From NCBI GenBank assembly GCA_965208025.1, contig OZ242302.1, positions 2,797,980-2,861,979 on the forward strand: DNA of 64,000 bases, given 5' to 3'. The notes beneath the pieces are model-generated. The model made no database searches, had not been told where the DNA came from, and saw only the letters and a program-made list of their open reading frames with translations. Below, in pieces: positions 29,374 through 38,278 of this stretch. Each line of letters opens with the position of its first letter. Position 1 is the stretch's first letter. The stretch comes from Rhodothermales bacterium (GTDB lineage: Bacteria > Bacteroidota > Rhodothermia > Rhodothermales > Bin80). Made by a program: the position numbers and the translations under genes.

Positions 29374-29836
29374 GAGCCTCTTTCAGAATTCTTTATTCTC
29401 CCCTGTTGCCCCCCGCTGATTTAGGGCTTAAACTGGTTCAGTTTCGTCAGATTACGCGAATCCTTGGTACGGGTTCGCCGTTTTGTGGAGTCGATCGGTT
29501 CTTTGCCTGCACGGATGTCTCTGTTTGGTGAATTTTGTCCATGATCCGTGTAGATTTCACACACCCCTCCCACGGCTTCTGTGGTTCAAAGCACCCAAAT
29601 TCTGTTATGTTAGGTGTTAGATGGCCGGTTTACTGGACCATCCGTAGCAGTTGGTCCACCGTGAGTACCACCACGCTGAACATCAAATGACAGAGGACTT
29701 TCTCGTGCCCACGGGCGCGGATATTGCGTCCACCGAACTCATCTTTGAGCCGCCCAAAGGCCCGCTCCACGGTCGAACGTTCCCGGTAGCGAACCCGCTC
29801 AGCAGGAATGAATCCGGCCGTCCGTTGCGCCTTTTC
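29374..29836 (-). mobile_element. Truncated inverted copy (3' ~460 bp) of the IS at 1-1134
   Basis: 29374-29836 aligns to the reverse complement of ~676-1134 at roughly 85-90% identity by eye. This covers the terminus gagcctctttca(g/a)aa and the last ~70 transposase codons (..FIPAERVRYRERSTVERAFGRLKDEFG..). Similarity ends abruptly at ~29836. Confidence 0.8.
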
Positions 29837-29942
29837 ACAAGTTTGTCATTTCCCCTCTGGTGGATTAATATTTAGCTCTGATTTGGGGTTTTTTTGCTCT
29901 GGACTCCCTGTTTTCCTCTGATTTTCGCCTGTTTTTCAGGTT

Positions 29943-30665
29943 CCTGACTTCGTATATATTCAGATGAAATTGCCAGTCTATTCAGGTATAATGGAAAAAA
30001 CGGGCGCATACTTTCTCCGTTCAAGTGCTATTCATCCATTATACCTGAATATACAGTCGAAGTCAGAAATTATGCCTTTACCCCGATTATTCATGCGTAC
30101 ACTATTCCGAATTTTAGAGCTTCACTTCGTCGAGAAGTTCTCAATCCGTGCGATTGCACGGACCGTGGGATGTAGTCAAAGTTCCGTTGCTCGGATTCTT
30201 GAACGCGCGAAGATTGCCAAGCTTTCATGGCCACTTCCCGAGGGAATGACCGATTCGGATGTGGAGCGGATCCTGTATCCGGCCCGTATGTCTTCGGTTG
30301 AACGTCCACTCCCGAATTGGATGGAGGTCTACAAGGAACTGTCCCAACACCGATCGCTAACCTTACATCAGGTATGGACGGAATAGATAGAACAGAATCC
30401 CAACGGATATCTGTATAGCCATTTGTGTGATCTCTATCGCCAGTGGCGTCGCGCGCATAAAGATGCTGTTGTGCATCTGGACCGCAAAGCCGGCGAACGT
30501 TTGTATGTGGATTATTCAGGAAAGAACCTGTGGATCACGGATCGCCGGACAAGAGCGAAGCGATCGGTGACTCTTTTGTTCGGAATACGCACCAGTGAAT
30601 CCGCCATGGAACAACTTAGATCAGTGTTACCGTTGAGTTGTGATGGGAGTGGTAGAGACGGATAA
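29943..30665 (+). mobile_element. istA: IS21-family left end plus istA pseudogene (in-frame stop, 3'-truncated)
   Basis: The terminal motif cctgacttcg is at 29943-29952, and an inverted copy (ctgaatatacagtcgaagtcag) is at 30045-30066, just before ATG 30072. IstA reads MPLPRLFMRTLFRILELHFVEKFSIRAIARTVGCSQSSVARILERAK..LTLHQVWTE*IEQNPNGYLYSHLCDLYRQWRR..KAGERLYVDYSGK. It has an HTH, a TAG where Tyr is expected, and loses similarity by ~30600. No istB follows. Confidence 0.7.
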
Positions 30666-30697
30666 ACATCTCAATCGGTTAAATGCAAGGACGGACT

Positions 30698-30780
30698 CAT
30701 AGATCTCCAAGATTCTCTTACCAAATAGGTTACAGAATTTTAGAACTGGGTATTGCGGAAAAATAGCATCCCCCCTCCGA
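30698..30780. repeat. Right copy of the ~83-bp imperfect direct repeat (partner at 24564-24646)
   Basis: It covers the last 13 codons, the stop, and ~42 nt downstream of the FG-GAP/VCBS gene (minus strand). See the alignment under 24564-24646. Confidence 0.85.
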
Positions 30781-32569
30781 GGCCGCCACTGAATAAATCA
30801 AGGTCTCCGTCACGGTCAATATCTATGAATGCAGGGACGGCAAGGATTGGGAAAGAAGCGGGCAGGGGAATAGATTCAACAAATCGTGGTTGAGTGGGGG
30901 TACCCTCGTTCATGTAGACGACCACTCCATCAATCTCTCGTCCCAAAATTAGATCCTGATCTCCATCTCCATCCAAGTCAGCAAAACGGGGAACGCTTCG
31001 CCGCCCAACATCAATATCCTCAAATTTGTCGCTGATCAGGTCAAATTGAGGTGAACCGAGAGAACCATTGTTGCGATAAAAATTCAGATCTCCCGAAGAT
31101 TCGCCAATAAATAGGTCCAGATCACCATCCGCATCAATATCCACCAAAGCCGGAGTACTGTTGCTGCCCCGAGTCAAAACCACCGTTTTGCTCTCATCCT
31201 GTACAAAATTCGGCACCTGTGGGGTTCCATCATTCCTGAAATAGAGACTTCCCTTGTTCCATGTCCCCACCAACATATCCAGATCCCCGTCCGCATCCAG
31301 GTCAGCCACCGCAGGTGCTAAGTTGTAATATCCTACAATATCAAGTGGATCCCGCTCCTGCCAACTCAATTGTCCAGAAACCGATACATTTTCAAAATAA
31401 TAAATCGTCCCAGTATTAAAATCCTGCGTCGAAATCTTGTTGGAAATCAAGAGATCATGATCCCCGTCACCATCCAAGTCCGCGAATACAGGATAAGAGT
31501 CTGCTCCAACATCAATTCCAGAAAGTAGGGTTTTTGTTCTGACTTCAAACCCCTCCGGTGTAGGATCTATATGATAGAGATTCTCTACTGCGGACTTACT
31601 TGGGTTAAATGCGCCACCTAAGACCCCAAAGATCAATTCCGAAATCCCATCTCCGTCAAGATCGGCAAACTGGACCGAGTTGTAACCACTGGTCTTGATC
31701 GGGTTGTTGGGAGGATAAGCAATTGGTTCATTCCGAAGATTTGGTTCCGTACAGCTTCCAGTATTGGAAATAAGCAAGATCCCCGCCTCAAAAAAATCCC
31801 CCCAAAAAAGATCCTGATCTCCGTCCTGATCAATATCATGGAAGGATAGGGCATTCGCGCCGTGTAGGGTTGCAAACATCCCAACAATCTCTATATCCTC
31901 AAACCGGTCGGTCACCAGTTGAAATCTGGGAAGCCCCGATTCATCCGCACCAACTGATTCATAATGCAACACTGTACCACTTACGCGTCCAATAAACAGG
32001 TCTAGTAATCCATCACAATCCAAATCCGTAATCGCTGGTATATTCTGACGGTCCATGAAGAGTGGAACTCCCTCGGCGTCTCGGAGCGAGTCCATGGGAG
32101 TAGCGAAGGATGGAGAGGTTGGTGTTCCCTCGTTACGGAAGAGCCGCACATAACTGAATGTTGTTTCGCCAAGCAAATCATAGTCGCCATCCTGATCCAG
32201 ATCCAAGAACCGATACCATTCGCCGACATCCAGATCCAAGTATTGGTCGCTACGCCAGATAAAGGAAGGGGCAAGGGGGGTGCCTGTATTTTCAAAGAAT
32301 TTGACATGACCTGTCAACTCCTGAATGAATAGATCCAGATCCAGATCTCCATCAATATCCACCAGTTGGGGTCTGGGAAGGTTAAATCCGCCATGGAACG
32401 GATGATCAAGGCGATCACCGTCTCTGCCGATTACTTCAATCCCATAGACTTCTTGCGTGTAAGACGGGGGAAAGGACGGCAGGTCCAGACTCGTCGTTTG
32501 CGTACTTGCGCAGCCTGTCAAAAATAGGAAGACAAGACCCAGAAAGGCACGGCCTCTAACGAGTCCCAA
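30740..32569 (-). CDS. FG-GAP/VCBS-repeat lipoprotein
   Basis: It has many repeats of the type D(L/I)DGDGDxDL(F/L/I)..G, for example VDIDADGDLDLFIGES and FADLDGDGDQDLILG. The likely start is TTG at 32569, giving MGLVRGRAFLGLVFLFLTGC|AST (lipobox). The longer track ORF (to 32800) runs through the 3' end of the upstream gene. Confidence 0.75.
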   Translation of the reverse strand: MGLVRGRAFLGLVFLFLTGCASTQTTSLDLPSFPPSYTQEVYGIEVIGRDGDRLDHPFHGGFNLPRPQLVDIDGDLDLDLFIQELTGHVKFFENTGTPLAPSFIWRSDQYLDLDVGEWYRFLDLDQDGDYDLLGETTFSYVRLFRNEGTPTSPSFATPMDSLRDAEGVPLFMDRQNIPAITDLDCDGLLDLFIGRVSGTVLHYESVGADESGLPRFQLVTDRFEDIEIVGMFATLHGANALSFHDIDQDGDQDLFWGDFFEAGILLISNTGSCTEPNLRNEPIAYPPNNPIKTSGYNSVQFADLDGDGISELIFGVLGGAFNPSKSAVENLYHIDPTPEGFEVRTKTLLSGIDVGADSYPVFADLDGDGDHDLLISNKISTQDFNTGTIYYFENVSVSGQLSWQERDPLDIVGYYNLAPAVADLDADGDLDMLVGTWNKGSLYFRNDGTPQVPNFVQDESKTVVLTRGSNSTPALVDIDADGDLDLFIGESSGDLNFYRNNGSLGSPQFDLISDKFEDIDVGRRSVPRFADLDGDGDQDLILGREIDGVVVYMNEGTPTQPRFVESIPLPASFPILAVPAFIDIDRDGDLDLFSGGLGGGMLFFRNTQF

Positions 32570-33911
32570 GACCCGTGGGATTGGGTCCCACTTCAAGCAT
32601 CCTTGTGATTTCACGTGTGTTGGTGTCAATGACCGCAATGACGCCTGGAAGATATCCATCCTGCCACATGTAGCGACCATGATAGGCTCCCTTAAGATTA
32701 TTGTTGGAAATATACACGGTACGTCCATCCGGTGAGATAGCAGCCCCATGGGGCTCAGAAAGCCCATCAATCGTTGCAGCAACGGCGCGCTGAGCAACAT
32801 CTACAACGGTTGCCCGATTCCCCATTTTATTACCGAACCACACGAAGTTGCCATCTGGACTGAAGACAGGATGCCAAGGTGCCATTCCGACTTGAATGGA
32901 TCCATCCAAAGTTGGATCGGAAGGATCGGATGTATCAAAGAAGAAAAATTCTCCAGTAAGCTGTCCTCCAACTACCATCGTTTGACCATCTGGAGAGACG
33001 GCAAATTGCACCAGTGTGTGCGTATCTCCTTCAATAGATTGCAATTCAGGAATTTCAGCTGCATGATCTACGGTAGCCATGCGATTTTCTGCGAGACTGG
33101 CCACATAGACGTACGTTCCCGTCAGATCTGTGGCAAGTGCGTGAGGGCGCGGAAAAAATACGTCCAACTCCTCTATGTTCATCCCATCACGTTCAACAAT
33201 CCCAATTCGTTGAGGTGGGTTCACGGCTTTCATGGAACGTCCAACAAATAAGAGACTATCGGTAGGGCTGACGACTAACATGCCCGGCCGCTCAAATGCA
33301 ATCTGATCAATCAGTTCATTCTGCTGATTGAACTTAAGCACTCTGTCATCCCCAATCAGAGATACATAGAATGCAGAGCCATCAGGTTCAACGGCAACAT
33401 GATGCGGACGAGAGTCAGCGGTGAATCCAAGCTCCTGCAAGTCAATCGTACGAATGATTAGGTTCGTGTCCATATCAATGACAGCAATCTTAGCGGCACC
33501 TTGGATGCAGGCATACAAAAGGTTGAAGGCATCGGAGTAGGCAATGCGGCCGTCATCATTCGGCGCTCCTTGTTCAATCCATGAACGGATCAGGGAGAGA
33601 TCTTCTTCGGATACATGTGCAGCATGGACGCTCAGCGAGTCCTCGGCAGAGAGCTTGGTCGCAAGACGGATGAGTAAACTACCTTCTGGGTCGTAGGGAA
33701 TTACAACTTCCCCATGATCCGACCCTGCAAGGATTGTATCCCATGATTCAAGGGATAGACCAGTCTCCCGTTCAAGAAGAGGTACAAATTTTTCCTGAAT
33801 GATCGGCAGTACATGATCACTGAAACGCAGCGATGCGGATTGCGCCTGAATATTCCCCACTACAACAATGAGAAATAGCGCAACACATGACAGATGTCTC
33901 ATCATCCTCAT
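32556..33911 (-). CDS. Secreted protein: heme-less PSCyt1-like N-terminal domain plus YncE/YVTN-type beta-propeller
   Basis: The signal peptide is MRMMRHLSCVALFLIVVVGNIQAQ. The N-domain FSDHVLPIIQEKFVPLLERETGLSLESWDTILAGSDHGEVVIPYDPEGSLLIRL...SEEDLSLIRSWIEQGAP follows the Planctomycete-cytochrome-c (PSCyt1) pattern without the CxxCH. The remainder has YVSLIGDD/YVYVASL/VYISNNN-type blade repeats. Confidence 0.65.
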   Translation of the reverse strand: MRMMRHLSCVALFLIVVVGNIQAQSASLRFSDHVLPIIQEKFVPLLERETGLSLESWDTILAGSDHGEVVIPYDPEGSLLIRLATKLSAEDSLSVHAAHVSEEDLSLIRSWIEQGAPNDDGRIAYSDAFNLLYACIQGAAKIAVIDMDTNLIIRTIDLQELGFTADSRPHHVAVEPDGSAFYVSLIGDDRVLKFNQQNELIDQIAFERPGMLVVSPTDSLLFVGRSMKAVNPPQRIGIVERDGMNIEELDVFFPRPHALATDLTGTYVYVASLAENRMATVDHAAEIPELQSIEGDTHTLVQFAVSPDGQTMVVGGQLTGEFFFFDTSDPSDPTLDGSIQVGMAPWHPVFSPDGNFVWFGNKMGNRATVVDVAQRAVAATIDGLSEPHGAAISPDGRTVYISNNNLKGAYHGRYMWQDGYLPGVIAVIDTNTREITRMLEVGPNPTGLGTR

Positions 33912-33925
33912 ACGTTGTCCCTCTT

Positions 33926-36319
33926 CTAAATGTCAATATTCTGTCTTTGAACAATGAATAGCCCCTCATTGATACTGGTGACAATGATGGTACCACTGGG
34001 AAAATAGGGGTAATTACTCCATGATCCTTCAAAGCCAGGCTTATCTGTACCTTCAGGATAGGTGTCAAAAAAGCCAATCTCTACGGGATTTGAACGATCG
34101 CTGATATCAAAAATGCGCAGACCACTTTTATAATTTGACTGGTACATTACATCTCCCTGAATGTACAGGTTATGATCACTGGAGAGATTTTCGGACATGA
34201 ACTCATTCACCAATTGGGGATCGTCCAAATCCGTGATGTCCCAAATGAGGGTGCGAGTTCCAACCACTTTTTCCTGCAATTCATCTAGTTCATCATTCAT
34301 GTAAAAGTACTCAAAGTCATCCGTGATCCAGCCTTGGTGTGAGTAAGCAACATTCGGGTACTCAGCGGCAGCTAAAGCAATCGTATTTTCTTTGTCCGTG
34401 ACGTCTGAGATGCTCAGCGCGGTCTCATTTGAGTTAAAGCAAATCTCTTTGCCTGTGTGTTCAGTATCTGGCCCATCATAGATGACGCACTGCGCATCAT
34501 GCGAATAGCCAGTACCTTGACGTCCTGTAGATACATCTGCAAAGCAACCTGCAAATGCTGGTGCAAGAGGATCACGAATGTCAACCATATGGAGGCCTCC
34601 ACCACAGGTATCACCACCACCACTGCTTCCCACCACATAGGCGAACCCGGACTCTTCGTTGATCACTACATTATGAGCACTTGCGATGCCGTCATAGTGG
34701 GCATCATGTAAATAGGTGATTGGGCCATCACTCTCTTGCCTCAGATGGGTCAAGTCAAAGACCTGCATTCCATGCTCTCCCGCATTATCCGCAACAATAA
34801 ATGCGTGGTTTGAATAGACTTTGATATCACGCCAAGGGGCTGGATTGGCCCCCTCAGTAAGTGGCAGATCCCCTTTCAAGACCGGATTGGACGGATCGGT
34901 AATATCCACGAATGAAGTCCCGTTCGTACGACCCACCAAGGCATATTCACGATTCGTTTCGGGATCTACCCAGCCCCAAACATCATTGGTATGGACTCCC
35001 TCGGTTCCGCCAAGATCTTCCACGGTCATAAAGGATAAGAGATCTACATTCCCACAATCAAACTGACCAGCGACTCCATCGGTACAGTCCATGGATCCGC
35101 TCGAGAGAAGAACGAGCTCTTTTCCTGTTTTCAAGGCACTACTCAGGCTCCACTCTCCGGATTCAGCGTCACGTTGGATCACACGAACCACCCCTTTGCC
35201 AAGGTTGGAGGCTGGAGCACTCACAATTCCCAGTTGGTCAGAGAAAGAAATGATCATCCCGAAGAGGGTATCCCCGTCGCCAGAACTAATCTCGCCCGTT
35301 TTGCTCCATTGCAATGAATCTCCGTCAAGTTCATAGATGGAGATGGATCCTGCTTGGCTATTTTCAAGAGGGGTGCCGGCCAACAGGGTTGAGTGATGAG
35401 CACTAAATCCGAGGCCAAAAAAATCGGGGCCAGTGGAATCGGATTCAACTACTTGCAACACTTCAATCGCGGCGGGTCCAGCCAGCGCCCAGACCAGCTT
35501 ACCAGAAGGAGGGGGACCGGTAGGCTGCACATTGGGGATGATCCCAGGGGCGCCAATCAGGAGCTTGGAGTCGTCAACGACCTGCATAAGAGTGCCCAAG
35601 GCAACCCCATTGATGCGCTCATCACTCCCGCTAAGAAATTGCTGACCGTGCCAACCATCTTCATGCTCCGCAAAATGATAAATCGCTCCAGCACCTTCAT
35701 TGGAACCAGGAGCGCCAACGTAGATGGCTTCATTTCCCCCAATTCCGACCGTTGCACCGAATAAGTCATTAGGCTGTGGCTCATCAGGTGTCAGGGTACC
35801 AGAGGGTACAAATCCCTCGTCCGCACGTCTGAAAACTGTAACGGTACTTGTAGAGTCAAGACCAACCATGCCACCCGAAACTAACAAGGATCCCGAAAAA
35901 GCAACACTCCCACCAATGGGAGATTCGGTCGTTCCTGACAACTTGGCGATTTCTTCCCAGTTCCCAGATTCCTGATTGTGGGCAAAGAGGTAGATGGCTC
36001 CGCCATTGCCTTCCATGGATGGAGAACCAACTGCCAGATGGTCTCCGCTCGCAACAATCTGATAACCGAACATATCTCCGACCGTCGCATCGGATGCCAT
36101 GAGTTCGCCGACAACTTCCCAACTTTCGCCATCCTCGGATCTGGCATAAATGTAGACCACTCCGGGATCTTCATCCGATGGTGCAGGATGTCCGACAAAC
36201 AAGGCATGATCGGCGATCTCGGAGGAGAGACCGAACGCATTGATTTGCGCATGAGCGGCTGCAATGGGAAGGGCCAAAAGCAACAAAAGGAACGAATAAT
36301 TTATTGTGAAACGGTTCAT
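33926..36319 (-). CDS. Secreted protein: FG-GAP-like N-terminal repeats plus a choice-of-anchor-B/LVIVD-like beta-propeller C-terminal half
   Basis: The likely start is ATG 36319 (MNRFTINYSFLLLLLALPIAAAHAQ). The N-half has repeats such as GDMFGYQIVASGDHLAVGSP and GGAIYLF. The C-half has HTNDVWGWVDPETNREYALVG, FVDITDPSNPV, WRDIKVYSNHAFIVAD, GLHMVDIRDP, YSHQGWITDD and GLRIFDISD, which are typical of the choice-of-anchor B family as I remember it. Confidence 0.6.
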   Translation of the reverse strand: MNRFTINYSFLLLLLALPIAAAHAQINAFGLSSEIADHALFVGHPAPSDEDPGVVYIYARSEDGESWEVVGELMASDATVGDMFGYQIVASGDHLAVGSPSMEGNGGAIYLFAHNQESGNWEEIAKLSGTTESPIGGSVAFSGSLLVSGGMVGLDSTSTVTVFRRADEGFVPSGTLTPDEPQPNDLFGATVGIGGNEAIYVGAPGSNEGAGAIYHFAEHEDGWHGQQFLSGSDERINGVALGTLMQVVDDSKLLIGAPGIIPNVQPTGPPPSGKLVWALAGPAAIEVLQVVESDSTGPDFFGLGFSAHHSTLLAGTPLENSQAGSISIYELDGDSLQWSKTGEISSGDGDTLFGMIISFSDQLGIVSAPASNLGKGVVRVIQRDAESGEWSLSSALKTGKELVLLSSGSMDCTDGVAGQFDCGNVDLLSFMTVEDLGGTEGVHTNDVWGWVDPETNREYALVGRTNGTSFVDITDPSNPVLKGDLPLTEGANPAPWRDIKVYSNHAFIVADNAGEHGMQVFDLTHLRQESDGPITYLHDAHYDGIASAHNVVINEESGFAYVVGSSGGGDTCGGGLHMVDIRDPLAPAFAGCFADVSTGRQGTGYSHDAQCVIYDGPDTEHTGKEICFNSNETALSISDVTDKENTIALAAAEYPNVAYSHQGWITDDFEYFYMNDELDELQEKVVGTRTLIWDITDLDDPQLVNEFMSENLSSDHNLYIQGDVMYQSNYKSGLRIFDISDRSNPVEIGFFDTYPEGTDKPGFEGSWSNYPYFPSGTIIVTSINEGLFIVQRQNIDI

Positions 36320-36380
36320 CTGTGTGGTTAGTAAATTGTTAAGTTGGTACTGTGTTGATTCGAATAGGATGCATGATGAA

Positions 36381-38273
36381 TCATGAGTCTTTCTGCAACA
36401 CAAGGAATGCGAGTGGAGGTAGGACTACGACGATACTTGCAGGGCGATCATGGTAGGGAACAGGCATACTCTGAACCTTTCCCATGTTTCCCATGCCGCT
36501 CCCCCCATAGAGGGATGCGTCACTGTTAAGGCGTTCACTCCACTTCCCCTCTTCGTGGACCCCAATGCGGAAATTATGGCGTGGAACTGGAGTCAAATTG
36601 AGGGCGAATACAATGCTCTCGGAGCCCTGCTTACGTTCATAGATCAGGATTGAATCATCAATATGTTCGCCGACCCATGCCCAGCCCTCGGGCCTGTCAT
36701 TCCAGAGCGTCGGACATTCCAGATACAAAGAGTTTAGATCCTTAACGAGGCGGAGGATCCCTTGATGCAATGGTTGGCTGGCTAGGTCCCAATTCAAGGG
36801 CTGGTCATGATTCCATTCCTGTGTTGAGGCAAATTCACACCCCATGAAGAGCATCTTTTTGCCAGGATGACCAAACATGTGTCCCAGAAGAAGGCGATAG
36901 TTGGCCGCTTTTTGCCATTCATCCCCAGGCATCCGATCCCATAAAGACCCCTTACCATGTACCACTTCGTCGTGCGAAAGCGGGAGAATATAATGCTCAC
37001 TGAAGGCATATACAAACGAGAAGGTCAGCAGGTTGTGGTGATACTTGCGATGCACCGGATCTTCTCCCATGTAAGAGAGCACATCATTCATCCAACCCAT
37101 GTTCCATTTGTACATGAAGCCCAATCCATGATCATAGGTTGGGGCCGAAACCCCGCGAAAAGCGGTGGATTCCTCTGCAATCGTGAAGGCACCTGGAAAA
37201 TGGGAGTAAACCGCCTCATTCGTTCGTTTGAGAAGATCGATTGCTTCCAGATTTTCCCGCTCCCCGTAGATGTTTGGTGACCATTCATTGCGCGAATAAT
37301 CGCGATAGAGCATTGAGGCAACGGCATCAACTCGCAACGCATCAACATGATACTTGTCAATCCAAAAGAGTGCATTTGAGATGAGAAAATTTTGTACGCC
37401 AGCCCTGCCATAGTCAAAGATATAGGTCCCCCAGTCGGGATGGTACCTCATGACCGGGTCATCATATTCATACAGAGTGTCCCCATCATAGAAGACCAAC
37501 CCCTGCGGATCTGTAGCAAAGTGAGCAGGAACCCAATCCACAATGACCCCAATTCCCCGCTGATGCAGGGTATCAATCAGGAACATCAGATCTTCCGGGG
37601 AGCCGAACCGATACGTTGGAGAATAGTACCCGATCACCTGATATCCCCAGGATCCATAGAATGCGTGTTCAGCCACGGGGAGAAGTTCAATATGCGTGAA
37701 TCCCAGATTGCTCACATGATCCGCGAGCTGAGTGGCAATCTCTTGATAGGATAAAGACGATCCATAGCCTTTGTGTCTCCAGGATCCAAGGTGGACCTCA
37801 TAGATGGAAATGGGTTGACCGAGCGTGGCAGTTCCATCACGCTGCTCCATCCACTCGTGGTCACTCCATTCGTATTGTAAGGGATTCAGGATAGCAGAGA
37901 GCCCTTGTACACTGGATCCCTGAGATGCGGGAGGTTCCATCTGAACTGCATAAGGGTCGCACTTGTCGGCGACATACAATCCGCGACGAATCCGGTACTT
38001 GTACCGCTGCCCCGAGGATGCACCGGGCACAAAACATTCCCAGCAACCGCCTCCAGTATGCTGCATCGGATGTGTTTCCTGATTCCACTCATTGAAATCC
38101 CCGATCACATGAACCGAATCTGCATTGGGTGCCCAGACAGCAAACCACGCGCCATCTTTTTGCAAATGCCCACCTAACCGATCATAGCTTTTGATCAGGG
38201 TTCCATGATCCCAAAAATAAAGATCCTCATCGGAGAGCCAGCGACTCGTTTTTGTTTTAGATTTGCGGGACAT
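36381..38273 (-). CDS. glgB: 1,4-alpha-glucan branching enzyme
   Basis: The protein is 630 aa. It has GH13 motifs [33 protein letters not shown] and [12 protein letters not shown], and an N-terminal CBM48-like region ([22 protein letters not shown]). Confidence 0.92.
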   Translation of the reverse strand: MSRKSKTKTSRWLSDEDLYFWDHGTLIKSYDRLGGHLQKDGAWFAVWAPNADSVHVIGDFNEWNQETHPMQHTGGGCWECFVPGASSGQRYKYRIRRGLYVADKCDPYAVQMEPPASQGSSVQGLSAILNPLQYEWSDHEWMEQRDGTATLGQPISIYEVHLGSWRHKGYGSSLSYQEIATQLADHVSNLGFTHIELLPVAEHAFYGSWGYQVIGYYSPTYRFGSPEDLMFLIDTLHQRGIGVIVDWVPAHFATDPQGLVFYDGDTLYEYDDPVMRYHPDWGTYIFDYGRAGVQNFLISNALFWIDKYHVDALRVDAVASMLYRDYSRNEWSPNIYGERENLEAIDLLKRTNEAVYSHFPGAFTIAEESTAFRGVSAPTYDHGLGFMYKWNMGWMNDVLSYMGEDPVHRKYHHNLLTFSFVYAFSEHYILPLSHDEVVHGKGSLWDRMPGDEWQKAANYRLLLGHMFGHPGKKMLFMGCEFASTQEWNHDQPLNWDLASQPLHQGILRLVKDLNSLYLECPTLWNDRPEGWAWVGEHIDDSILIYERKQGSESIVFALNLTPVPRHNFRIGVHEEGKWSERLNSDASLYGGSGMGNMGKVQSMPVPYHDRPASIVVVLPPLAFLVLQKDS

Positions 38274-38278
38274 AAAGG

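Noticed and set aside
1-29836. The inverted IS copies could define a 29-kb composite transposon carrying both giant genes and nrdJ.
   Set aside because: The right copy is only a ~460-bp 3' fragment without a transposase. The copies are clearly diverged, no matching target duplications are visible, and the segment contains a core gene (nrdJ). Independent old insertions are more likely.
15750-30386. In-frame stop codons in the istB, istA and restriction-enzyme-like remnants could signal stop-codon reassignment or programmed readthrough.
   Set aside because: All three stop codons (TAA, TAG, TGA) occur in frame in these relics. All three also terminate well-supported genes in the window. The relics are additionally truncated. 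Ordinary pseudogene decay explains the pattern.
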